Source: Gammaproteobacteria bacterium
GTDB taxonomy: Bacteria > Pseudomonadota > Gammaproteobacteria > Eutrophobiales > Eutrophobiaceae
DNA length: 64,000 nucleotides
NCBI GenBank assembly: GCA_965116495.1
Contig: OZ220696.1
Span: forward strand, 416,001-480,000
Direction: 5' to 3'
Positions 38,655 through 47,302 of this stretch are shown piece after piece. Position 1 is the stretch's first letter. Every line of letters begins with the position of its first letter. The translations under genes and the position numbers were made by a program. Under the pieces are notes generated by a model. That model was not told the DNA's origin. It did not search any database and saw only the letters and a program-made list of their open reading frames with translations.

Positions 38655-38683
38655 AGGATACCGCTCTACCACACCGATGTCAA
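38655..38683 (-). promoter_or_regulatory. Candidate transposase promoter
   Basis: Minus strand TTGACA, 17 bp, TATCCT, ending 8 nt before the ATG; no Shine-Dalgarno. Confidence 0.6.
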
Positions 38684-38837
38684 TATAAATATTCATATTA
38701 TGGCACTACAATGGCCAGACAACCCGTCACTCACCAAAAATCAATGCGTTACGATGACGAACCCGGCAGAAAATAGCAACATCCAACTAAATGCCAGTGA
38801 ATCTTGGTAAACTTGGGTTAATGGGAGCAAACTCAAA

Positions 38838-39470
38838 ATGAGAATTAGTGTTGACTGGCAACGACAAGACGAAATCCTGATCGCTACGCTCATCGGTCGC
38901 GTGGACAGTACCAACGCTGATGAATTTCAAAAGATGATGGAGGCTGAAATTGCCCCCAAAGACAGGGTGTTAATCATGGATTTTGAACAAGTCTCCTACA
39001 TCAGCAGCGCCGGCCTGCGTGTCATGGTGATAATGGCCAAGAAATTCAAGGGGCCGTACAAGCGATTTGGCGTTTGTGCGCTGTCAGACCCGATCAGGAA
39101 GATTTTCAAAATGAGCGGGCTGGAACGAGCCATCCCGGTTATCGGCACACGGACTGATGCGATAGCCGAATTGGAGCAGGACGAGGTAGAGGAAGTAAAA
39201 AAGAAAGAAGTTAAAATCGAGGTTAAGGAAGCAGTCGATTACGTAATCGTGAGGGACAACATCGAGGACATTACCAATTTTACCCTTGAGAAGTATGAAT
39301 TCACCAATGACACAGTCCTCTCTGACGAGATACGTCGTGTTGCAACCACCAGGATAAAAACCGTGTTATGGCAGGAGATTGAGCGATTGAGACACCACCG
39401 CAAGATGTTGCTGGAAAAGATGTTCAAGGATGCGGAAAAGACGCTGGATGATATCGTTGCCGGAAACTAA
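38838..39470 (+). CDS. STAS-domain anti-sigma-factor antagonist with a charged C-terminal extension
   Basis: GRVD, D...V.YISSAGLRV, IFKMSG; about 95 extra C-terminal residues. Confidence 0.85.
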   Translation: MRISVDWQRQDEILIATLIGRVDSTNADEFQKMMEAEIAPKDRVLIMDFEQVSYISSAGLRVMVIMAKKFKGPYKRFGVCALSDPIRKIFKMSGLERAIPVIGTRTDAIAELEQDEVEEVKKKEVKIEVKEAVDYVIVRDNIEDITNFTLEKYEFTNDTVLSDEIRRVATTRIKTVLWQEIERLRHHRKMLLEKMFKDAEKTLDDIVAGN

Positions 39471-39542
39471 TAATACGGCTCAGGGTGCTGCTGGAGTTCC
39501 GCAATTTATGGCTGTCCCAAATTAGAATATGTGGTTGTCCTG

Positions 39543-42500
39543 CTAAAAAGCGTAAGTGAAACCCAGCTTGAGGATACGTCCCAGGGGGTTGTGGGTAAAT
39601 GCGTCATAGTTCAGGTCTTCACCGGCGTAGGGCGGGTCTTCATCGGTGAAGTTGAGTAGCGTTGCCCACAGGCTCAATTTGTCTCCCTTCGCGGCCCAGT
39701 GGAGATGCAGGTCATGGGTGAGGTGGGAGTCGATCCTGATGTTGTCCTCTACGTTGTCATAACTGTTGACGAATTTTGCCCCGTAACGCAGGTTGAAATC
39801 CCGCCAGGCGTAGTTGGCGTGCCACAGGACTTTCCACTCCGTCAGGGTTCGCGCCAGGGGAGTTTCATAGTTCAGCCGCCCCAGTGCGTTATAGGCGGCG
39901 CCAAGTTCCCATGAATCGATGTCGAATGACAGGATACGGGTGCCGGAAAGGCTGAACTCCATATCACCGGACCCCACAGGGAAACGGTAACGGCCGCTGA
40001 AATCGATACCGTCCGTCTCTATGTCGGGGCCGTTGACGATATTGACTTCGATGGCTTGCAGGTCTGCCAGGCTGGTGGCCTTGCCGAAACGGACGCGATT
40101 CAGGTAGGAAGGGTCCCCCGCGGCGCAATTCCCGACTGGACAGGCCAAGGCCAGCACCCGGGGGAATGGCTCAACCACCAGGGGATCGGAGAACCGGTAC
40201 GACCAGTAATCCAGTGACAGGTTGAGGCCGTCGTTGTCGGCCAGCAGGTCGGCGCGGTCAAGTAACAGTCCCACGTTGAAGGTGACGGCCGATTCCGGAG
40301 CCAGGTCCGGGTTGCCCTTGATGATAAGGCTTTTGAATGCCCCGGTCGCGGCCACATAGCGGAGTGAATGTATGGAATTTCCGCTGACGGTCTGGTTCAG
40401 TGTCGGTCCGCGGAAAGCAGTGCTGACGGAACCCCGCAGCACCAGGTTGTCCGACATATGCCAGTGCAGGGCGACTTTCGGGTCCAGGCTGGAGCCGGTG
40501 CCGGCACCGTAATCTTCATAGCGTAGCGAGATCTGCGTATCTATGTCGTAGCCCAGCGGTACATGCAGTTCGCCGAAGGCCGAATAGATATCGCGGTTTT
40601 CATCAACGGTAAAATGCGGCGGCAGGTACCCGAACAGCCCGCTGCGTTCCACTTCGGGACAGTCGGTAATACCCGGACCGGCCGGGCAGGGATTGGCATT
40701 GCCGTCATTCAAGGCGCCCGGTACGGGTCCGTTTTTAAAGTTCTCCCTGCGCCACTGTGCACCCAACGCAAAGGCAATATCGTTTCCCAGGAGCTGAAAC
40801 GGTGCGTTGCCGCTGACGATGCCTTCAAGCACGAGCAATGACGTCCTGCCCCTGATGACACGATCTGTAAGCAGGTAGTCGAACAGCCGCCGGTTGTCCA
40901 GGTCCGGGTTGAAGTCAGGGTTTTCATAATAAACCGCTTCCGGCACCTGGGGATGAGCGCCGTACATGCCGTTGGAAAATGGGCTCCAGTACATACAGTT
41001 CCCCTTGCCCGCGTGCTGTTGCAGGGTCTCGATATCGAAGTCGAGCCTGCCGTCGACATACCGGTTCGGCACATCCTGCTCACATTCGTTCCCCCCCAGG
41101 CCCTGCAACGCGCGTTTGTCTCGGTAACTCATGACGTCCGCCTTGTTGATCCGGCGGGAAGATGAGGACCAGGTCGCGGAGGTGGTGAAATCCAGGTCCC
41201 CGAGTTGTCCGTCAAGGCCCACTGCCCAGCGGGCCAGCCTTGATTTCACCGGTTCGGCACGCAACGGGCCGTCCTGACCGAAAGAGCGGCCGAGTACCCA
41301 GCCCACGTTGTCCCAGGCATCTCCGGACCAGTTGCAACGGGTCTTGTCGTCACAGAAGGCATACGGGCCGTAAGTTTCCGGGTATTTCATGGCCATATCG
41401 ACCAGTGCCGGGTTGTTGGCCCGCAGCGAACGCTCCGGGTCTATCACGCTGTTTGGCGGATATGAGGGCGAAGTATTCCAGTCCGGCACGCTGCTTTCGC
41501 TGTACAGGAATTCAGTGCTGAGGGTCACGGAGTCACTCAGGTTCCAGGATGCCTCGGTAAAGCTCTGCCAGCGCCGGGTTTTCTCGACCAGGTTGTCGAA
41601 GGGGGTATATTGGAAGCGGCAACGTTTATTGCTGCTGGTCGGCGCCCCACCCAGGGCAGCGCAATTTGGATCGATAATGCCATTCGTATTCACGTCTGTA
41701 GTGCTGCCGGGTATGAACGTGGCAGGCCGCCCGGTTGATGACCAGCCTCCTTTCGGGTTTTCCGCGTAAGGCAGGATGGCCCAGTTGCGCCGGTATATCT
41801 CGAGTTCACTGCGCTGTATCCCGCTTGCAGAGGTGGTGAGATGCCCTCTGCCGTCTGCGAAACCCATACCGCCGATGAAGCCGACTTCGGTATCGCCCCC
41901 GGAACCCCGTATCACCTTATGATTGGCGCTGATTTCAATGCCGCTAAAATCACTGCGGGTCTTAAAGTTCATGACACCGGCTATCGCATCGGACCCATAA
42001 CTGGCTGCCGCGCCGTCGCGCAGGAAATCAATATTTTCCAGGGCGATAAACGGCAGCATGTTGACGTCCACCAGCAGTTGCGTGTCCGCGCCGATGGGTA
42101 TGGGTGACCAGGTGGTGCGGCGCCCGTTGATGAGTACCAGCGAGCGGCTGGGGCCCAGGCCGCGAATATTGATAGTTGCCCGGTCCGGTCCCACCCCGGA
42201 ACCGCCACCACCACCCTGGAATCGGTCCGATTCACCGTCCGCGCCCTGACTGAACGGCAGGTTAAGGATCACATCCAGGACATTGGGCGACCCCTGGTAG
42301 CGTAATTCCTCCCGATCGATGTTTGTGACCGGGCTCAAAGCCTCTTCCGGGTCCATCTTGATATGGGAACCTATTACAACAATCTCTTCGACAACTTCTC
42401 TCGCTTTATCCTGTGCTTGCGCCGGTGATATGCACATCAATATGACGCAGAGCGCGAGAATCCGGCATGTGTTGCCCTGTCTTGAAGTGGGAAAAAGCGA

Positions 42501-42551
42501 GGGAAACAGGTAATGGCCCCGCCGCTTAAAGCCTGTCTGCCCTGCTTGCAT
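39543..42551 (-). CDS. Large TonB-dependent receptor (start uncertain)
   Basis: EEIVVIGS, INIRGLG..RSLVLINGRR, LRDGAAASYGSDAIAGV.NF, C-terminal GRILKLGFTYAF; many Cys pairs in predicted loops. Confidence 0.92.
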   Translation of the reverse strand: MQAGQTGFKRRGHYLFPSLFPTSRQGNTCRILALCVILMCISPAQAQDKAREVVEEIVVIGSHIKMDPEEALSPVTNIDREELRYQGSPNVLDVILNLPFSQGADGESDRFQGGGGGSGVGPDRATINIRGLGPSRSLVLINGRRTTWSPIPIGADTQLLVDVNMLPFIALENIDFLRDGAAASYGSDAIAGVMNFKTRSDFSGIEISANHKVIRGSGGDTEVGFIGGMGFADGRGHLTTSASGIQRSELEIYRRNWAILPYAENPKGGWSSTGRPATFIPGSTTDVNTNGIIDPNCAALGGAPTSSNKRCRFQYTPFDNLVEKTRRWQSFTEASWNLSDSVTLSTEFLYSESSVPDWNTSPSYPPNSVIDPERSLRANNPALVDMAMKYPETYGPYAFCDDKTRCNWSGDAWDNVGWVLGRSFGQDGPLRAEPVKSRLARWAVGLDGQLGDLDFTTSATWSSSSRRINKADVMSYRDKRALQGLGGNECEQDVPNRYVDGRLDFDIETLQQHAGKGNCMYWSPFSNGMYGAHPQVPEAVYYENPDFNPDLDNRRLFDYLLTDRVIRGRTSLLVLEGIVSGNAPFQLLGNDIAFALGAQWRRENFKNGPVPGALNDGNANPCPAGPGITDCPEVERSGLFGYLPPHFTVDENRDIYSAFGELHVPLGYDIDTQISLRYEDYGAGTGSSLDPKVALHWHMSDNLVLRGSVSTAFRGPTLNQTVSGNSIHSLRYVAATGAFKSLIIKGNPDLAPESAVTFNVGLLLDRADLLADNDGLNLSLDYWSYRFSDPLVVEPFPRVLALACPVGNCAAGDPSYLNRVRFGKATSLADLQAIEVNIVNGPDIETDGIDFSGRYRFPVGSGDMEFSLSGTRILSFDIDSWELGAAYNALGRLNYETPLARTLTEWKVLWHANYAWRDFNLRYGAKFVNSYDNVEDNIRIDSHLTHDLHLHWAAKGDKLSLWATLLNFTDEDPPYAGEDLNYDAFTHNPLGRILKLGFTYAF

Positions 42552-43347
42552 AGCGATAGAGAAAGTCACCAGCAATCGTGTTAAACCGCTCGGGCGCTTC
42601 AATATTGGTTAAATGACCTGCCTGTTCGATGATGGCCAACTCCGCTCCCGGAATTGCATCTGCCAGAACCTGACTTTCCGATACGGGTAGCACTTTGTCT
42701 TCAGTGCCTACTATGATTAGTGTGGGTACGTCTATTCCGGACAGGTTTTTTCTGAAATCAGTGGTTACAATTGCTTTTAGTGCTTGAATATAAGGTTCTG
42801 TTCGAACCGCTGATAAAGATTTGAGCAGGCGTTGACGTACATTTTCCGAGGCTTTGGAACCTGTTAGCACGGCTATCATTTTCGGCGCAAGATCGGCCGT
42901 AGTCAGTCCTGCCTGTAACGGTTCCAGCCTGGGAACAAGAAAATCCCGTCTGTCTTCCTCGCTGGCAGCGCCGAAGCCGCAGGACGTATCCGCCAGCGTC
43001 AGCGTAGCAACCCGGTCTGCATGGCGGCCATAAAAATCCTGGGCAATCATGCCGCCCATAGACAGGCCAACCAGGTGCGCTGCCCGTACGCCGAGATGAT
43101 CCAGTAATGTATTGAGATCCCCGGCAAAATCCGAAAATTCCAGTGGCTCAACCGGGTCGTCACTTTCACCGTAGCCCCGTGCGTCCCAGGCAACCGTACA
43201 ATACCTGTCGCTCAGACCGGTTTGCTGTTCATCCCAGTTGGTCCTGTTCCCGCCGATACCATGGAGGAAGATGACAACCGGTCCGCTTCCTTCCATCTCG
43301 TAGGCCAGTTTCAGAGGACCACTTTGATAATGCCTTAAAACACGCAT
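42526..43347 (-). CDS. Alpha/beta hydrolase (enol-lactonase/RutD-like)
   Basis: FLHGIGG, D.RGYG.S, GLSMGG, G..D, AGH....E.P. Confidence 0.9.
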   Translation of the reverse strand: MRVLRHYQSGPLKLAYEMEGSGPVVIFLHGIGGNRTNWDEQQTGLSDRYCTVAWDARGYGESDDPVEPLEFSDFAGDLNTLLDHLGVRAAHLVGLSMGGMIAQDFYGRHADRVATLTLADTSCGFGAASEEDRRDFLVPRLEPLQAGLTTADLAPKMIAVLTGSKASENVRQRLLKSLSAVRTEPYIQALKAIVTTDFRKNLSGIDVPTLIIVGTEDKVLPVSESQVLADAIPGAELAIIEQAGHLTNIEAPERFNTIAGDFLYRYASRADRL

Positions 43348-43362
43348 CTGTGCAGGTGTTGA

Positions 43363-43770
43363 TCAGGGATCAGGGATCAGGGCGGCGACCTCGACTTCCA
43401 GCATAAGGTCCGGGTCCACAAGGGCGGTGACCTGCACCCCCGTACTACAGGGCTTGTGATCACCGAAGTATTCCTTGCGTACCTCAAAATAATCGGAGAC
43501 TTTATCGTGGTCGGTGATATCCACGGTAAAAAACGTGGTCATTTTAACCACGTCCTGGAAGCCTGCGCCTGCTTCCTGCAAAATACCCTTGATGTTCTCA
43601 AAGACCTGTCTGGTCTGCCTGCGCAGGTCGCCGACGCCGACGACGTTGCCGTCCGTATCAAACGGGACTTGTCCGGAGAGAAATACCAGGTTGCCTGCCC
43701 GGATACCCTGGGACAGTGGAAAGTTCTCATCCCATTCCCAGCCCGGATCGATGAATTGCATTTTGCTCAT
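43363..43770 (-). CDS. RidA/YjgF-family protein
   Basis: SQGIRAGNLVFLSGQV, DVVK, R..YF...P.ST.V, LEVE. Confidence 0.92.
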   Translation of the reverse strand: MSKMQFIDPGWEWDENFPLSQGIRAGNLVFLSGQVPFDTDGNVVGVGDLRRQTRQVFENIKGILQEAGAGFQDVVKMTTFFTVDITDHDKVSDYFEVRKEYFGDHKPCSTGVQVTALVDPDLMLEVEVAALIPDP

Positions 43771-45563
43771 GCCGGTGTGCTCCCTTGTGTTGTCGGGTCA
43801 GCGGAGAGAGAAGTGCGCAGGGTTTCGGTAGCCATCTCATCAATGGTCATTGTCGCGGGATTAATTACCACGCCGTAGTCCCGCGCCGCTCCCTCGATGG
43901 AAACGTATTCATCCACGACATCCTGCAGTACCGCGGTTGCGTCCCTGGCGAGCGGGTCTCCCCAACCGCCGCCGCCGCCGCTTTGCGCGTACATGATCTC
44001 GCCGGGTTGTTGCGCATAGTCCGCCTTGGCCACCCGAACCTCTTCCTCGTTGTCGCCTCCATAGTCAAGGACAACATGATTGCCCGCCGCTTCCTTGCCT
44101 CCGGCAAAACCCATCAACGGACGCCGGCAGGCCTGGACCTGGATAAAATTGATCACCGGGTCCGTGGTGCTCATGCGCAGCATCTGGTGGGCCGGCGAAC
44201 CGCGCCATTTACCGGGCGCCGCACTGTCGGTACTGTATTCGTTCTGGTAATACAGGAACGGATACATCACTTCCTGCAGCTCGAACGACGGGATGCGCAG
44301 GGAGGCATGAGGCGCAGAGTATCCGCCCCAACCGTCCGTGCCGCAGGCGCCGCCGCTGGAGGTCGGTGTGGTTGAATAGTCAAAACTGACGTACATCTGG
44401 TTATCATAGTGCGAATTCAACCCGAAAACGGTATTGATGGTCAGGTCGATGAATGCCGAGCCGGTTTTTTCCGGAACAATCTTTTCCAGGGTTTTCATTA
44501 CGGCCTGGCCGATATCACTGCCGATGCACAGCGTTGAATTGCCCACCGGCGCCGGCGGCAACGGGTTAATCACGGTACCCTCCGGAGCGATCACCTCGAT
44601 CGGTCTGAAAAACCCGGAATTCAGCGACACATCCGGCATCACTACGGAAAACTCGGTAAACACCCAGGATAAAGTGTTGCCCTTGACGCTGTTGACGAAC
44701 CCCTTGGTCTGGGGGTGAGTACCGGTGAAATCCACCGTGCATGCGTCCCCTTCAACATTGATGGTGACGTCGACGTTGATATCGATGCCGCCGTTGAAAT
44801 CGTGTTCGAGGATACTTCTCCCCTTGTATTCGCCATCCGGCCAGGAAGAGATTTCGGCGCGCACCTGGCGTTCACTGTAATTCAGGATGTAATCCACCGA
44901 CTCCAGCACCGTATCCAGGCCATACTTCTCCACCAGCCGGACGATCCTGTCTTCGCCGACCTTGCAGGCGCCGATCATCGCATTGAGATCCCCCTCCATG
45001 GTGTCCGGGAGGCGATTGTTGCCTGCCAGCAGGTTGACGATGTCGCGGCGCATTTCCCCTTTTTCGCAGATCTTGACGGGCGCCAGGCGAAAACCCTCCT
45101 GCCAGATTTCTGTGGCCAACGAGTTGTACCCCCCCGGCACGGGGCCACCCACTTCGATAAAGTGCGCGCGTACGGCGGGAAAAAAAACGGGCTTGTTATG
45201 GTAGAAAACGGGCTTCATCAGGGTCCAGTCGGGGATGTGACTGCCGCCGGAATAGGGGTCGGTCGCCAGCACGATGTCCCCTTCATTGAGGTTGTATTTA
45301 AACGACTTTAACAGTGTTTCAACCGAATGGACGGACGCATAAATATGGATGGGTTGCGAGTTTGCCCTGGCCAGCAGGCTGACTTCCTTGCCATCTGAAT
45401 AAAATACGCCGGTGGAATAATCATGGGCCTCGCTGAAAACAGTGGAAACGGAGGTGTTCTCCATGGTTTTGCTTATTTCCTCCGATACCGTTTCCAGGTA
45501 TTCGCGTATGATTTCAGCCGTGATCACGTCAATCATTGTCGTATTTCTCCGGGCGATAGCCAT
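43767..45563 (-). CDS. Hydantoinase B/oxoprolinase subunit (conserved D/H/H residues intact)
   Basis: SEAHDYS, DPY.GGSHIPD, AHFIEVGG, G.WRG, GGGGGWGDP. The start may be at MIDVIT. Confidence 0.92.
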   Translation of the reverse strand: MAIARRNTTMIDVITAEIIREYLETVSEEISKTMENTSVSTVFSEAHDYSTGVFYSDGKEVSLLARANSQPIHIYASVHSVETLLKSFKYNLNEGDIVLATDPYSGGSHIPDWTLMKPVFYHNKPVFFPAVRAHFIEVGGPVPGGYNSLATEIWQEGFRLAPVKICEKGEMRRDIVNLLAGNNRLPDTMEGDLNAMIGACKVGEDRIVRLVEKYGLDTVLESVDYILNYSERQVRAEISSWPDGEYKGRSILEHDFNGGIDINVDVTINVEGDACTVDFTGTHPQTKGFVNSVKGNTLSWVFTEFSVVMPDVSLNSGFFRPIEVIAPEGTVINPLPPAPVGNSTLCIGSDIGQAVMKTLEKIVPEKTGSAFIDLTINTVFGLNSHYDNQMYVSFDYSTTPTSSGGACGTDGWGGYSAPHASLRIPSFELQEVMYPFLYYQNEYSTDSAAPGKWRGSPAHQMLRMSTTDPVINFIQVQACRRPLMGFAGGKEAAGNHVVLDYGGDNEEEVRVAKADYAQQPGEIMYAQSGGGGGWGDPLARDATAVLQDVVDEYVSIEGAARDYGVVINPATMTIDEMATETLRTSLSADPTTQGSTPA

Positions 45564-47298
45564 TCACATCCAGCTCTTTTCTTAGTTCGGCGGTACGGGC
45601 GGTGTCGATCTGCAACTTCTCAGGATCGACGATGACACCATATTGTTCCTCTGCCGCTTCCAGGGATACGTAACCATCCAGTACGTCTGCCAGTACCTGC
45701 TCCGGGTTCCTGGCCATGGGATTGCCCCAGCCTGCACCGCCGCCCATCCTGATACTGAGGTCGGATCCCTGTCCGAGCAACTGGTCTACATAGGCGTTCT
45801 CAACGTTTATCTCCGCATCACCGGAATGTACCAGCACGGAATTGTCCATGCCTGCGGTTCCTCCGGCAAATCCGGCTGCCTGCTGGCGCGGGATGACACA
45901 GGCAGTCAGGTAGAACTCATCCGGGTCCGGATCGGGCAATTCAATGCACGCCTCGGTTCCGGGACCGCCACGCCATTGCCCGGCGCCGGCCGAATCCGTC
46001 ACGTACTCCAGCTTGCGGATTTCCCCGTCGACCTCCGCTTCAAACATCTCAATCGACGGCAGGGGAGTGGTAGAGGAAATACCGGGCATGCCCCAGCCAT
46101 CCCGTCCGGCCGCGCCGCTGCAGCCGCCCTGGGTAAAGCGGGCATAGTCGGTAAATGCCAATTGCTCGACGGTAAAGCCGTTGCGTATGCCGCGCCGGAT
46201 CATGTATATCAGCATCGAATTCCCGGCCACGTTGGCAACTTTTTCCGGAACAAGGCCGGACAGGGCATCGGTGACCGCCAGCGCCAGTTCGGTGCCGACA
46301 TGGGATGCCGACCAGCCCGTCGGCGCCGGTATGCGGGCATTCACCAGGGAACCTTCCGGAGCAACCAGGTCGACACAACGCAGGCTCCCCGCATTCTTCG
46401 GAATATCGCCTCCCAGCGAAGCAAAAACAGGTAACAGCGCATAACTCAGGGCCTGGGCCGGCGTAGTGTTTATAAAGCCGGTGGACTGGGCATCGGTTTC
46501 TGAAAAGTCCAGGAGCAGCCGGCCGTTTGTCGTTTCCAGTTTGACGCGGATATTGAGGTTTTCTCGTCCCTGGCAATCATGCATCAGCCTGCAACTGCCT
46601 AGCGCACTGACGTCTCCCCAACCCTTCAGCAACGAACTGAAACGGGTTTCTGCGTAATCGACCGACCAGTCCAGCGCGTCCAGTACCACCCCGGCGCCAT
46701 AGTCGTGAAGCAACTCTGTCATACGCGCCTGGCCGACCCTGACAGCAGAAAACATGGCTTCCAGATCCAGCCTGAAAGCCTTTGGATTGCGGCTGTTCAG
46801 GGCGATGGTGTTCAACGTGTCTTTGAGCAATTTTCCGTCACGGTAAATCTTGACGGGAGGGCAACGCACACCTTCTGCCCAGATTTCAGTGGCCCTGGGA
46901 TTGTAGTTTCCACGCAAATCACCGCCGATATCCTCCGTATGTGCACGCACGCCCACGTACAGGACTATCTCCTCTTCAAAACTCACCGGCGCAAAAGCGG
47001 TAAATTCCTGCAGGCGTGAACCTCCGCCGTAGGGGTCATTGGTGAGCAGGATATCTTCTCCTCCCAGGTCGTACTGGAAGTAGTCAAGCACGGCGGCAGC
47101 GGTATCCGCCATGGATGAAAGGTATAACGGGTTGTCGATCGTGACCAGTGATCCTGCCTCGGTAAATAAGCCGTTACAGCATTGATTTGCCTCACTGATG
47201 GTAGTCGAGCAGGCCGTGTTTATCATTGTGGCGCGCATTTCCGCCACAACCGCGTCGAACTTGCTACGCAGGACTTCGCCGGTAATTTTATCTACCAT
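45529..47298 (-). CDS. Second hydantoinase B-family subunit with a degenerate active site
   Basis: NDPYGGG, HTEDIGG, EG....P.K and GGGAGWG.P are present, but SEANQ and SRLQE replace the conserved D and H. Confidence 0.88.
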   Translation of the reverse strand: MVDKITGEVLRSKFDAVVAEMRATMINTACSTTISEANQCCNGLFTEAGSLVTIDNPLYLSSMADTAAAVLDYFQYDLGGEDILLTNDPYGGGSRLQEFTAFAPVSFEEEIVLYVGVRAHTEDIGGDLRGNYNPRATEIWAEGVRCPPVKIYRDGKLLKDTLNTIALNSRNPKAFRLDLEAMFSAVRVGQARMTELLHDYGAGVVLDALDWSVDYAETRFSSLLKGWGDVSALGSCRLMHDCQGRENLNIRVKLETTNGRLLLDFSETDAQSTGFINTTPAQALSYALLPVFASLGGDIPKNAGSLRCVDLVAPEGSLVNARIPAPTGWSASHVGTELALAVTDALSGLVPEKVANVAGNSMLIYMIRRGIRNGFTVEQLAFTDYARFTQGGCSGAAGRDGWGMPGISSTTPLPSIEMFEAEVDGEIRKLEYVTDSAGAGQWRGGPGTEACIELPDPDPDEFYLTACVIPRQQAAGFAGGTAGMDNSVLVHSGDAEINVENAYVDQLLGQGSDLSIRMGGGAGWGNPMARNPEQVLADVLDGYVSLEAAEEQYGVIVDPEKLQIDTARTAELRKELDVNGYRPEKYDND

Positions 47299-47302
47299 GG
47301 CA

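Larger units (their letters stand above)
36731..38817. mobile_element. IS1634-family insertion sequence, apparently intact
   Basis: Perfect 14-bp terminal inverted repeats CCCAAGTTTACCAA / TTGGTAAACTTGGG, flanked by TTAA on both sides (36727-30 and 38818-21). Single transposase, more GC-rich than its immediate flanks. Confidence 0.92.
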
